DNA of 34,248 nt, taken from contig JNEM01010412.1 of the NCBI GenBank assembly GCA_000697335.1, forward strand, positions 1 to 34,248. The letters are read 5' to 3'. Below the pieces are notes generated by a model. It ran no database searches and was not told where the DNA came from. It saw nothing but the letters and a program-made list of their open reading frames with translations. Shown here piece after piece: positions 1 through 12,169 of the stretch. The position numbers and the translations under genes are program-made. The stretch comes from Conidiobolus incongruus B7586. Its lineage: Eukaryota. The number at the start of each line of letters is the position of its first letter. Position 1 is the first letter of the stretch.

Positions 1-42
1 GAATATATATTTTTTGGAATTATGCTCTTATTGATTAATATT

Positions 43-432
43 TGAACGGCGTGATCTTCGGCGAACGGGGGATGGGGGTATAGATTCTCCACCAAATTAA
101 CACGTCTTGGGAAAGCCGCGTCCGGAATAGTATAAGCAAAAGAGAGAGATCTAGGGATTTCCAGGTAAAGGTTAGGGAGATAGGGGGTTTATTGATTTAA
201 GCCAAATAGCTGGGAGGACCCAGATCAAACTCCTTCTCTGTAGTATAGCTCTGTTTCTGGGTTCTATATATAGTGCATAGAGTAGTAGGTTTCTGGAGTT
301 TTCTGGAGGGTTGTATCATTAGCTGATTAAAGGATAGGGTTGAAGTGGTTGGTCACATGAGGGGGGGAATGACCCTTATATTCAGTTGAAGTAAGCATAT
401 TACGTGGGAGGAGAGTCACCTGACTCGTGACA
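43..432 (-). mobile_element. Solo LTR (~390 bp)
   Basis: GC-rich island bounded by TG (43-44) and CA (431-432); minus strand begins TGTCACG. Flanks ATATT (38-42) and ATATC (433-437) form a 4/5 target-site duplication (TSD). Minus strand has TATATATA (265-272) followed by AATAAA (188-193). Confidence 0.75.
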
Positions 433-3073
433 ATATCTTTTGATATAGTCGTTATATTTTTATATTAGATTTGAATTCGTCCGATAATTTAAAAATTAAA
501 AAAAATTCACATTTTTATTTCGGAAAATTACGGAATCATCAAATATCTTTTTATAAATAAATTTTATTAATTGATAATTATTTATGTTGATTTAATATTC
601 TATAATTCTAAATATATTAAACAATATGTTGATATAAGTATTAAATTTTATATGGATAAATATATAGGAGTTATCAAGGTATTAAATTATTGAAGTCGTA
701 CTGTAAATACTATTTAGTAAATACATTGATGTTTTATATTTTATTAAACACATCCTTGAACAGAAAATGCTCAAGTAAAATTATCTTAATATCAAACTAT
801 TAATTAGAGTTAGAAAAATATATTATTTTAATTCAGTCAAATTAATTTAATCACGATCATTTCCAATATTTAATGATAAATTAAATATGAATATTATTCG
901 CTATTTGAGCATTGTTTTCGTATGTAAATTTATTTAAATTATGTTCATTTTATGAAAATAATATACTAATATTTCTATTTGGAACATTTGTTAGAAAAAT
1001 CCGAGTCTAAAAGGAAATTCTATCAATTTTAAAAATTTGTAATATTCAATTAATTAGTTTATTTTCTTAACAATATCACTTTATATGGAATTTTTACAGG
1101 TTATTATGCGGTCAATAAAACGGAATGATATTGATAATATTCTTTTATTAATATCAACTTTCCATTATGTTTGAAAATTTTGATAATCTTTTTAGTTTTG
1201 GGCCTTATTTTCGAATGTGGTTTCTCGTATTTTGTTGTGAGTAAGCATCATCTGAACCAAGATCATAATAAGTTTGATGTTATTTTTATAATGTTATTTA
1301 TAATTGCGAAATTGGAAAAAATTGCAAGTATATAATGTGAAATTATTGAAATTTTAATTACAACTTTAATTTGGTGCCATAAAAAGTATTATATTAGCTG
1401 ATATGTAAAAATTTTACAAACATTTTTGTATTTATGCTTGAATAGTTAGAGCTCTATCCTGTTTATTGAAATTCTTATCATTAATCTATGATGTTTAAAA
1501 GTTACTTTGGAAAGATGGTATGGCAAAAAATGATATTATATATGAAATCATTAATTAAATAAATTGTTTATACCCAATAATCACAGATTTTACAATATCA
1601 TAATATTTGAATTATTTTAATTAAGGATATTTAATTAATCTATTATAATTTTCATTAAATACAGCTATTACATTAAATAAAATATTTGAACCTCAAACTT
1701 ATATCTAATTATTAATATTTTACCAGGATCTTGGATTTTATTATTTTTCCATAAATATTTAGTTAAAAAATTATATAAATTTATCTTTTAAATGATTCAT
1801 TATTAAATAATTTTTTAACTATTTAAATTCAAAATAGTCATAGTATAGCTATATTATTTGGATTCAAGGCTATTCATTTCTTTAACGGAAATAAATATCA
1901 TTACAATTTATAAATTACTTGGTAAATTTTTGATTAATAGAATTTTAACCTCTCAATTCAACGCTGATATAATACTCAAATACAAAGATGAAATAATCAC
2001 TTTATTGATTCAAATCAAAATATTACACATTCATTAAAATTTAGTTTTTATTAACCCCAAAAGTAACTAATTCTTGTTTATATTGTGACTGCGAATTGAT
2101 AATATTTTAACAATAAGTTGATTTTGAACTGAATATCAATTACTAATTAGATTAGACTATTCATTTATTCAGCATAATTTTAAATAATACTCAATATTTA
2201 ATCAAGTTTTTAGTTATTAGTATTTATAATTAAACTATATTTTAAATGGTTTCTGAAAATTAAACAATTTATTATTATACTAATAAAAAATGAATTTTAT
2301 TCAGATAATATTTTATGATTTTAATAAATATTGCATAAAACAAATAAATTAACATTTTATCATTTATTAAATACTGATATGATGTTCGGAGTTTGAAAAG
2401 ATTTTATCAAATTAAAGTATTCTATATGATAACATTAGTTTATATTATTTTCAAAATAATCTTATCTATACAATTTTTTTAAAGTCTGATCTGAAACATA
2501 TATTAAATTAGATAATTAAAGAATGCGCAAATTATTTTTAAATCATACCATAATATCTTGAAATAATTAAATTCATTTATTTGATTTGAAATTAATAACA
2601 TAAATCATTAATAAATTAGTGATAAATTAATTTTTAAGAAATGAAATCATATTGAGGACGGTATCGGATAATAAAAATAATCATACTAAATTGGTGAGAA
2701 TATTTAGAAATCTTTTAAATGTAAATATTCTTAATAAGAAAAAAAAAGAATTTTAAAATGTTTATTTTAGTCGCATGGTTAAATTTTTAAAAATTTTTAG
2801 AGAATTAATAATAGTAAATAGGAATTATTTTAAGATGAAATAAATAAATAATGAAATAAGTTTTATATCGAATATAGGTAATCTATACTAATTATTTTTA
2901 TTATTTCAAATTATATTTAATTTTCTAAATTACTTAATTTGTATCACTTAGTTTTTGTAAAATTTACGCAACCTTAAAATCATGATCTTCTAATATTTTT
3001 CATTCGAATATTTAAGCAATTGCTTTTTAGGAACTAAACACTATTTTATTAAAATATCTATAAATTTACATTT

Positions 3074-3634
3074 ATGCTTTTAAATCCTCTACAATATAAT
3101 ATCACAATCTATCCAAATATAAATTCTGAGTGGCATATTAGAGATAATCATGGGAATCATCACTACACTATACAGTTTCCTATCCTTGCAAAGCCAAAAT
3201 TGATTAACTTGAAAGGAGAGTGTATTTCGAGGATTTATAACGATGAACTGAATTCCTTTTTAAGGTATATCGGACTCTATGATTCTAATCTAATATTCTC
3301 TTTAAAGTTTGTACCTGAATTGAGTAAGTTTACATTCAGTCCGCTGAAATGGAATGCTGAATCTTGTCCTTTCAAATTTGTTTGGACCATTTCAAGAGTT
3401 GACCATTGCATCATGTTGACAGATTATATATCTTGTGAATTGATTGCGAAAGTAGAGTGTTGTTCATCATCTGTCAGAGGTCAAATGGCTACAATACAAT
3501 TTTATAAGAAGTTAGACATTCAATTGGTGTTAGCCATTTTATTTGCTGGATGTATCCTTCTTCATCAATCTAGGATGTTGAAATCATCATATAGCAATGG
3601 AAGTGAAAAAATTACAAAAAGTAATACATATTGA
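3074..3634 (+). CDS. Array paralogue 1, most divergent member; putative Tubby-C/LURP-one-like or DUF6593-like protein, 186 aa
   Basis: Intact ORF with the family pattern QYxIT...SEW.I, QFP..LIN.KGECISRIY, FKFVW, LIAKVE..., hydrophobic C-terminal helix (LVLAILFAGC). Fold assignment is inferred from the motif pattern. Confidence 0.8.
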   Translation: MLLNPLQYNITIYPNINSEWHIRDNHGNHHYTIQFPILAKPKLINLKGECISRIYNDELNSFLRYIGLYDSNLIFSLKFVPELSKFTFSPLKWNAESCPFKFVWTISRVDHCIMLTDYISCELIAKVECCSSSVRGQMATIQFYKKLDIQLVLAILFAGCILLHQSRMLKSSYSNGSEKITKSNTY

Positions 3635-4108
3635 ATTTTGAAATTATAGGACTATTTTAGTCTTTAATATATAAAATACCAAAATTTCATAAACATTTCA
3701 TTCATATAATATCATGTAAAAAATAAAGATATTGTATTTTAAAATTTATTAGCTGAATTATTTAAAATAAATAACGAAATAGATTTATTCAAAGTTAATT
3801 TTCAAATCAAATAAGATTTTAGAATTTATATTTTTAAATTATTAAGTTTTATTATATATTAAATAAAAAATTCTAATTCAAACTATAATATACTTGATTA
3901 ATCATATAATACTAACTAAGAAGCTCTACACCAAGGAGGTTGAGATTGTGTTCAAATATAAACAAGTTTCTTTTATAATTTTAAAAAATATTTTAAGAGT
4001 TGATTTAAAATATTCTTAAAAATCTTATTAATTCAAGAATCATTTTGAATATATATATATATATATATCTAAATTCTTTAATTTATTAATTTTAATTTAT
4101 TAATATTA

Positions 4109-5398
4109 TCATAGAATTGAAGAAATGGGAAATTTTTTAATTTCTGATTTTTTAAATATATTATTAATTTCAAATAAAAATAAATATATAAAATAAATAA
4201 GAAAGTAAATAGTTTTGAATTATATATATATATATATATTTAATGGTTTTTTTGATTAAGAGATTAATTTTTTAAAATTTATTCTTTAATTTAATTATAC
4301 TTAAATTAAATAATAATCATCAAAATTATTTTATTTTAATATTAATAATACTTAACAATAAATCCTCTAAAATTATTTATATTTGACTAATAACTTTTAA
4401 TAATAAAATATTATTTAAATCAATAATTTATTACTTGGGATATTACTTTAAAATTTAGAGAGGAATTATTTAAAACTTATTAATATCTAGAAAACTAATC
4501 TTAATTATTATTTTTTTAATAATTAATAGTTTAAAAAATTATACAAAATATATCTTTTTATTTTTATTAAAAAACAATTAATATAATTTAATATTAATTA
4601 TATAAGTAATTTTTATATATTAAAGTTTATATTAAAATTAATAAATTAAAATATAAAATGAATAGCTTATATTTTAATTTAAGGTTAAAAAAACTAGAGT
4701 AGCTATTATTAAATAAAATTTACTAAGGTATAGCTAGAAACTAAGGCTTTTATAATAGATTATTATAATTAATAAATTTTAAATCTTTTTATATAATCTT
4801 TTATTAAAATATAAATTAAGATATTAAATTAAGTTAAATTAACCCCCTTTATAAATTATTTTTAATAAATACTCTATTAAAAAATTAATATTAATTATTA
4901 TTTTAGATTATAATAACATATTCTATTTTTATTTAGTTTTTAAAGGAAAATGATTTAATAATAAACATTATATTGCTTTTTTTAAATAAAACTATTTTTA
5001 ATTAATGTTCTTAATATAATTTAAGAGAATTTATTATTTTATATAATAATGATAAATATATAAAGTTAAAACTATAAAAAACTTTCTTATCAAAAATAAC
5101 AAGAAAAAAAAATACTCATCCAATATATTCTTTAGATTATAATTTATATAATTATAATTGTTTTAAGTAATTAAATAACTAGCTTGTAAAAAAGAAAATT
5201 TCTATAGGAAAATTTAATTGGTTTGTAAATTATCAAATTTTAGTCTTTAATTAAAAAAACTATTTTTTAAGTATTAGATCTTTGCTAAAAGTATAGCAAA
5301 AAGTTATTAGAAATAAAAGAAATTATTAATTTTATATTATATATTAAAATGTTTATTTTTTTCAATTACAAAAAATTCCCATTATTTAAATTACAAAG
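4109..5398 (+). mobile_element. Decayed mariner-type (DD34D-like) DNA transposon, copy 1, 1290 bp
   Basis: Imperfect TIRs: TA-TCATAGAATTGAAGAAATGGGA at 4107 versus reverse complement TA-CTTTGTAATTTAAATAATGGGA at 5400, with TA TSD. Length is typical of mariners. Relic translation THPIYSLDYNLYNY (cf. HPPYSPDLAPSDY) near 5113-5155 and SIRSLLKV*QKVI (cf. GIxxLPxRWQKVI) near 5270-5310. Confidence 0.75.
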
Positions 5399-6234
5399 TA
5401 ATATATTGAACTTTATTAAAAACATTGTATAATATATTCAATACAGTAATATGAATTAGTATAAAATTAGATTGTAATCATTGATTTTTTAATAAATCTA
5501 AAGATATTTCATAGAATAAAAGTGTTAATTGTTTTTAATATTACATTCAAAAATTTATATATATATACAAGTCTAAAAATATATTATATATCACATTCTA
5601 ATTTTCAATAAATATAATATGTCAAATTCAAAAGAGTGAATTATTTTAGTTTCAAACAATCCAAATATCAGTTATAATTTTCAATATTAAATATCAATAA
5701 ATTTGGAATATATATAACGATATATTATATTCAAATAAATTGTAAAAACAAAAATATATTGAGAAAAATCCTCAACGTTTTAAAGAGTATAAATCTCTAT
5801 TTTTGTATCATAAATGGTTAAATCTTCAATTTTAACATTGTTTTAGCATTATCGGTATTGAAATATGGATTTAATTGTTTTCAATCGAGAATCTGAAAAT
5901 TTCTTTAGATTTAAATCTTATATTCGAATTTATTTCAAATATTACTTAATTTCAATATGAGTTTTACTAACTTTTATTTGATTAATATAAGTTAAAAATT
6001 TTATAAATTATATTTTTTTGAATAAATTCATAAATATCTGCCTAATTTAAATATAGAAAAAAGTGAAATTTCTTTAATTGTATGATTTATAATGATTAAA
6101 AATTTAATTTATTTTATATTAAATTTGATCAATTAATAAAAGAATAAAATTTTCAAAAAATTTTTAAAATTAATCTAAAAAAAGTATAATGATGTAACTT
6201 AATTAAAATTAATGAAACTATATTTTAATATATA

Positions 6235-6669
6235 TGTCGGGTGTTAACACTGACAACAATGGGCTTTACGAGCTTAAACGGGGAATCGCCAGTGGTAAAC
6301 GATAAATTACCACGTAATTAAGGGAAATTATTGGGGTTCACCAAAGTAGGTGAAAATGACTTGTTACGAATCGGGTTCTTTGAATAAAGTAAATATCTCA
6401 CGCTCGTCACGACTCAACACTTTTGTGAGGGCTACGAGAAAAACTTAGAGACGGTATACTTTTGAAAATGAAGATAGAACATGTGTTTATTAGTTTGCTT
6501 GTGATAATCTTATATTAGGTTCCATTGTTGATTTTTGTGGACATGAACAACTTACGGGCAGAAAGTAATAGGATCAACTAGTTCATGGGGTGTGATATCT
6601 CCAATGTGACTTCTCGAATCCTGCGGTAATCGGAGTTTCTTGAGTAATTGACAGGATTATTCTCCATCA
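6235..6669. mobile_element. Solo LTR, relatively intact CpG-containing copy (435 bp)
   Basis: TG (6235) to CA (6668-6669), flanked by TATA/TATA (6231-6234, 6670-6673). Higher GC than the flanks. A homologous inverted copy lies at 7532-7961. Confidence 0.75.
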
Positions 6670-6740
6670 TATATATGGTGGTTCAGATATTCAAACTAAT
6701 TATAAGTTTGAACAAGAATATTAAAACTGCATTCAATCAA

Positions 6741-7280
6741 ATGTCTAATCCAGAAAATCATCAATATGTAGTAACCAGAAAAGATCCTTATACTAAAGAG
6801 TGGGTGATCAGCGATGTTGAAACTGGCGAGAAGCATATTATAAAATTCCATATAACTAGTCCCGATCTCTTGAAGAATGATAAAGGAGAGGAAATAAGTA
6901 CTGTTAAATCTGAAGGGCTTATGACACTAAAGAGGAAAATTGTTTATGATAAAGAGAAGTGTCATGTTGAGGTTAAATGGTCCCCAAAGCTGTTATCATT
7001 TACGGTCAAAGGCTCTACAACCTCTCAAGGATTCGAAAATATTGATTGGATACTCGATATGAACAAAGAAGCTTACCGTCTTGATATATATGATAATACC
7101 ACTGGTGAGTGTATATCCAAATTCCATCACATTTATAGAGCTTATAGCGAAGTTGGTAAGTTGGAAATTTTTAAAGAGATGCCTAAGGATTTGAAACTTT
7201 TCGTTGCCTATTTGTCTGGATACACTTTCAGACATGTCCTTGCTGAACTTCCACAGCTTGGTTGGGATATGACCAAATAA
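6741..7280 (+). CDS. Array paralogue 2 (subfamily B), 179 aa
   Basis: Start placed at ATG 6741 (MSNPENHQYVVTRKD), matching the N-terminus of paralogue 8922 (MSNSNHQYVVTRRD). The ORF-track start at 6648 is a TTG inside the LTR. Confidence 0.9.
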   Translation: MSNPENHQYVVTRKDPYTKEWVISDVETGEKHIIKFHITSPDLLKNDKGEEISTVKSEGLMTLKRKIVYDKEKCHVEVKWSPKLLSFTVKGSTTSQGFENIDWILDMNKEAYRLDIYDNTTGECISKFHHIYRAYSEVGKLEIFKEMPKDLKLFVAYLSGYTFRHVLAELPQLGWDMTK

Positions 7281-7531
7281 ACTTAATTATATTTGTTTAT
7301 TAACCTTATTGTACTAAACAGATTTAGAATTTTTAATTAGAATCTCTCACTCTTTATTATTGAATATAGTTATGATTCATTGTATATCAATATTATAAAA
7401 TCAGCTCATTTCAAACTTCATCAAAATTATATATGTTCAAGACTTGAGTACCATAAAGAAGTACATATGTTTCAAAATCAACTTTATTGAAAATCTGAAT
7501 TAAGATTTATTTAATACTAATTTATAGATAG

Positions 7532-7961
7532 TGATAGGAAATAATCTTGTCCATTATTTAAAAAACTTTGTTTATCACCCTGATACAAGGAGTCACATCA
7601 GAATACCTTATTTCATGAACTGGTTAAACTTATTATTTTCTCTTGTGAAGCATTTATATTTATAAACATTCATAATTGAAACTAATATAAGATTATTATA
7701 AGCAAACTAATAAATATATCTTTTTATCTTTATTTCCAAAAATATTCAGTCTTTAAGTTTTTTTTATAATACTCACAAGAGTATTAAGTTATGATAAGTA
7801 TGAGATATTTATTTTATTTGAAGAACCTGATTTGTAATACGTTTATTTCACCTAATTTAGTGAACCCCCTTAATTTCCCATAATTTTATGGTAATTTATT
7901 ATTTAACACTGGTGATTCTATGTTTATGGATATTAGTAACATATTTTATTAAAACTTAAGT
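7532..7961. mobile_element. Decayed solo LTR, inverted homologue of 6235-6669
   Basis: Collinear with the reverse complement of 6235-6669 over ~430 bp, e.g. gtgacgagcgtgagatatttactttattcaaagaacccgattcg versus atgataagtatgagatatttattttatttgaagaacctgatttg. Differences are mostly C>T/G>A. Right boundary approximate; no clear TSD. Confidence 0.8.
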
Positions 7962-7996
7962 CAATTTCTGATTGAATATTATTATATTAAAGATAT

Positions 7997-8429
7997 TGTT
8001 AAATGGTATTATAATTTAAATATTATTAATTTAGAGGAATACTTATTAATAATATTGTATTATATAATATGATATTTTAATAATATATATATCTATAATA
8101 TATTAATTAAATTATAGTTTTAATTATAACAGTTATTATGTTAAAATTGGAATTAGATAAAATAATGATTAAAATACTATATCCAATATATATAATATAT
8201 TATATTTTAATCTGGTAATAATTTTATAAATTATAATCACAATATTTTATAATAAACTAGCAATATTATTATATTATCACTTCTGTTATAAAATTAATAT
8301 ATATCAATATAAATGGTTAAATAATATCAAAAACATCACTTATAATACAAACAAATATTAATATAATAAGTTAATTGTATTTCTCACTTATGATTATTAA
8401 ACTACACCTATAATGTTAATATAGTTACA
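7997..8429. mobile_element. Possible heavily AT-mutated solo LTR (433 bp)
   Basis: TGTTAAA...GTTACA ends with flanks GATAT/AATAT (4/5 TSD) and an LTR-like length. The interior is TpA-rich and no second copy is in the window. Confidence 0.35.
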
Positions 8430-8921
8430 AATATATCAATCTTTTCAAAAATTTCCAAGAAATTATTAGATTTTAATAATAAATAAAAATTATTTTCAAT
8501 AAAAAACAATTTGTGTTTTTTTGAGATTTATTAGTACTATTTTTGAAATTTTGATTCAATATTAATATTCATATTTAATAGATATTTTGTTCTGAATTTA
8601 ATATCTAAAATTAAAATCTTTAGAATAATAATCTAATTTATTGATGATTTATTAGTATTCATAATTTTTGGTATAATCAATATTACCAAATATAGAAATT
8701 TCAAAATTTCCAAATTCGTTAATATATTAAATTTCTCTTAATTCTTAAGGAATTCACATAATCAAATATTCAATTCACGCAGCTTTAAATTTTGAATGCA
8801 TTGGATGTGGATAAACTACCAAGTTCATGTATTAATTAGTGACAAATTTATAAATGAAATTTAATATAAATACAACAGATAAAATCTTATTAAAAAAATT
8901 CATATAAATTTCGAGTATATT

Positions 8922-9458
8922 ATGTCTAATTCAAATCATCAATATGTTGTAACCAGAAGAGATCCATTTACTAAACAATGGTTAATCACAGATACCCAAA
9001 ATGGTCAGAAGAATTGGGTTGTATTCAATATGACTAGTCCATGTACCTTGGTGAATGAAAAAGATGAAAAAATAGGTCGAATTATCTCCGAAGGACTTTT
9101 CACCATGAAAAAGAAAGTGATTTTTAATACTGAAAAATGTCGAATTGATGCCAAATGGTCCTCCAAATTAATGTCCTTTGTGATTAAAGGTTCTACAATT
9201 TTTAAAGGATTCGAAAGCTTCGAGTGGAAATGGACATTTGACAAAATAGCTTTTCATCTCAATTTAACAGACTGTAACAATGGTGATCAGATTGCACACT
9301 TTAGTCATATTTATCGTGCTTATACAGAAGTTGGAAAGTTGGAAATATTTAAAGATATGCCTAATGATCTCAAATTATTCACTGTTTTTCTTACAGCTTT
9401 TACCTTCAAACATGTCCTAAGCGAACTTCCGCAACTTGGTTGGGATATGACTAAATAA
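8922..9458 (+). CDS. Array paralogue 3 (subfamily B), 178 aa
   Basis: Intact ORF collinear with the 6741 gene; near-identical C-terminus HIYRAYxEVGKLEIFK...ELPQLGWDMTK. Confidence 0.92.
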   Translation: MSNSNHQYVVTRRDPFTKQWLITDTQNGQKNWVVFNMTSPCTLVNEKDEKIGRIISEGLFTMKKKVIFNTEKCRIDAKWSSKLMSFVIKGSTIFKGFESFEWKWTFDKIAFHLNLTDCNNGDQIAHFSHIYRAYTEVGKLEIFKDMPNDLKLFTVFLTAFTFKHVLSELPQLGWDMTK

Positions 9459-9948
9459 TAGTTTATGAAATTTTTATTGTCTATTATTATATTGATAAAA
9501 CTTTAATTATTAAAAAATTTCAATAAATTTATTTAAACTTTTATTCCAAACTATAATTTGATTAATTTATTTTAAATTGATATTATAAAATTTATCGAAA
9601 AATTAAATAATAAATATTAAAGTATTACTTTAGTGTTATAAGATTAAATAATTTATGATTTTTATTATTAAAATATTAATAATATTAATATAACTTTATT
9701 TTAATTTTTTAAAATATATTCAAAATATTTATTATTTCTATTTTGATTTACTTAAACACAACTTTGTAATATATCATTTAGAAATATTTGATTTTCAAAT
9801 TATATTATAAATACAAATATCATTTAAATATATACTATAATAATATTATAAGAACCAGTTATATTTTCAAATAATATAAATGAGTTCACTGGGTTAAAGA
9901 TTTTATATTTTTATTTAATATGACAAATCAGATATTAATAACTGATTA

Positions 9949-10445
9949 TCATTTTAATATACATGAAGAAAATGAAATGACAAAAATAGTGAATACTTTA
10001 ATATCTTTTAAGATACCATGAAAAATTCCAACTTGCCAACTCCATCAAAAGCACTATCAGTGTGATTAATTTGCTCAGAAGAACTTTCCAGTATCTTTGT
10101 TTTTTGAATCAAGAAGTTCTTCAATTTTATTTTCATTCTTCTGCCGATTAGTTGATTCAAGTCCTACAAGGCTTATAATCCCAACAATATAGAATGAGCA
10201 ACATATGGAGGGCTATTTGGCATCAATTTGATATTGGTCTTTGAGCAAAACAGTATTTTTCTTTATACTAAGTATTCCTTTTGAAATAATGTGATAAATT
10301 TTCACTTCTTGATATATCAACATGGCAGAATTTGTCATATTGAAGTTTATCTAGAACTTTCACTATTTTATACATCAGTTATTCGCTATTTTTTAGTGTT
10401 TTAGTCTTTTCTATTTAAAATTTCATAATTCTCTTTAGTTGACAT
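9949..10445 (-). pseudogene. Array pseudogene (subfamily B)
   Basis: Minus-strand translation MSTKENYEILNRKD*NTKK*RITDV, NFNMTNSAML...IISKGILSIKK...QIDAK*PS, GVGKLEFF, KDIKVFTIF matches the 6741/8922 proteins, with stops and frameshifts. Confidence 0.88.
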
Positions 10446-11620
10446 ATTTATGGTAATATTTCAATAAATGTTTTTATAATTGAAAAACAATATTATCAAA
10501 TTGTAATTAATAAATTAATGACTTATATAACTAGTTTAAATCTCATGTATTGAGAACTCTTAATAATATGATTGTTTGTTATTTTATTTTTAATGAAATC
10601 TGATTCTTTCAATTTTTTTTCAATAGAAAATTTATAACTTTAAAATATTGTAATAAAAAATTTGAATGTATTTTAAATCTTTCAAAATATTTTGAGTATA
10701 TCAGATTTTAAATTTGCAAAGTACAAAAAAGTCATATATTCAACAAATTAACAAATAAAAAATTGAAAAAAATGACTTTAATATTTTGCTTTGTAAATGC
10801 GTATTTACCAATAAAGTTTCTAGTTCAAGTTTCCAGATTCATAGGCTTTGTAGATGAAAGTTTCAAATACGCAAAAATATATTCAGTTGAATCACATATC
10901 AAATTTTTATCAAAGTTTAAATTTTTAATTGATAGAATATGTTTATTCAATAATTATAATGAGAGTTATTTTTTAGCATATTATTATATTATAATATACA
11001 GAACATTTGGAATATATACATATACAACCATTTCATACAATCAATTTATTCGTTTTTAAAGTAATCTTAGGCTATGAATCAGCTTTAATAACCTAACTTG
11101 AACAAATTAGCTCAAAAATTATCATCAACTATGGAATCATTTTTATTATTGTGTTGACAATAATAGCATATTTTAAATTCAGTAGCTGAATAATTGGGAA
11201 TATAAACTTTAGGCTTTTGTATATCATTATAATTTATAATAATATAGTTTACAACCTTTTAAACAATAATACTTTGTATTTACATAAGGTGAAAATGCGT
11301 AGTTGAATATTGCTTTAATTAACCTATATTATATTAATTATGCATTTGTTTTGCAATTGAGATTGATAATATTTGATTTACAAATAATTTTAAAAATTTG
11401 ATCATGATTTCATAATTAATGGTTTTCTAAAAATTGTTAATTTTTCTAATATTGATCCTGAATAAATATAAAATTTTGCCAAATTTGATCAAATTCTATT
11501 CTTTGAAATTATCCGATTTTTAATTGGGTAAGTTCTAATTAGAAGATTGGTTCGTTCTTTATGTACAGTTTAAATAGGTGGTTAATCTAAATAAAAATTA
11601 GTTTTTTAAAATTATCCACT

Positions 11621-12169
11621 ATGATATCAAAAGAATTATTACCAAAGCTAGAGTTCAGGGTTGTTACTAAAGGTTCTTTCCCTACAGAGTGGGAGATTAC
11701 GAGCCACAACGAGTCTAACAAATATATGAGATTCCCTATGTTTGGACCATGCATGCTTTTGAACGAGAACAAAGACCCCATTGGAAAAATAGCTAGTGAT
11801 AAATTTTGGACATCGAAGAAAACAATTCAAATTAATACTCCGAATGCCCAAATGCGTGTTGTTTGGAAGCCTACGTCATCCAACTTTCATATGAATGGCG
11901 AAACTGATATCAAAGGATATGAACAAATAAATTGGAAATGGAAACGAAAGGGCTGGGATTCTAAATTCCAGCTTAAGCATCATGAAGATGATAATATAAT
12001 TCTAGCCGAATTTAAACGATCTCAGTGGAAGTTGAAGGAGGTAGGATACTTGTATATATATGAAGATTTTCCTAGTGATTTGAAGTGGTTAGTTGTCTTT
12101 TCAGTGTGTTACTCTATAAATTATATTAAGGATGAAGAAACAATGATGGCTTCTGGTTCTGGCAATTAA
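11621..12169 (+). CDS. Array paralogue (subfamily C), 182 aa
   Basis: Intact ORF with family motifs TEWEI, PIGKI, GETDIKGYEQINWKWKR, LAEFKR, FPSDLKWLVVFSVCYS. Confidence 0.92.
   Translation: MISKELLPKLEFRVVTKGSFPTEWEITSHNESNKYMRFPMFGPCMLLNENKDPIGKIASDKFWTSKKTIQINTPNAQMRVVWKPTSSNFHMNGETDIKGYEQINWKWKRKGWDSKFQLKHHEDDNIILAEFKRSQWKLKEVGYLYIYEDFPSDLKWLVVFSVCYSINYIKDEETMMASGSGN

Noticed and set aside
1060..1420. Hydrophobic plus-strand reading (LKILIIFLVLGLIFECGFSYFVV...) suggesting a membrane-protein relic
   Set aside because: Interrupted by stops, no recognisable family, and T-rich DNA readily gives hydrophobic peptides.
3890..3970. tRNA-like GTTCAAAT segment
   Set aside because: I could not build a consistent cloverleaf.
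6648..6740. N-terminal extension of the ORF-track 210-aa protein
   Set aside because: It starts at a TTG inside the LTR and has no counterpart in the paralogues.
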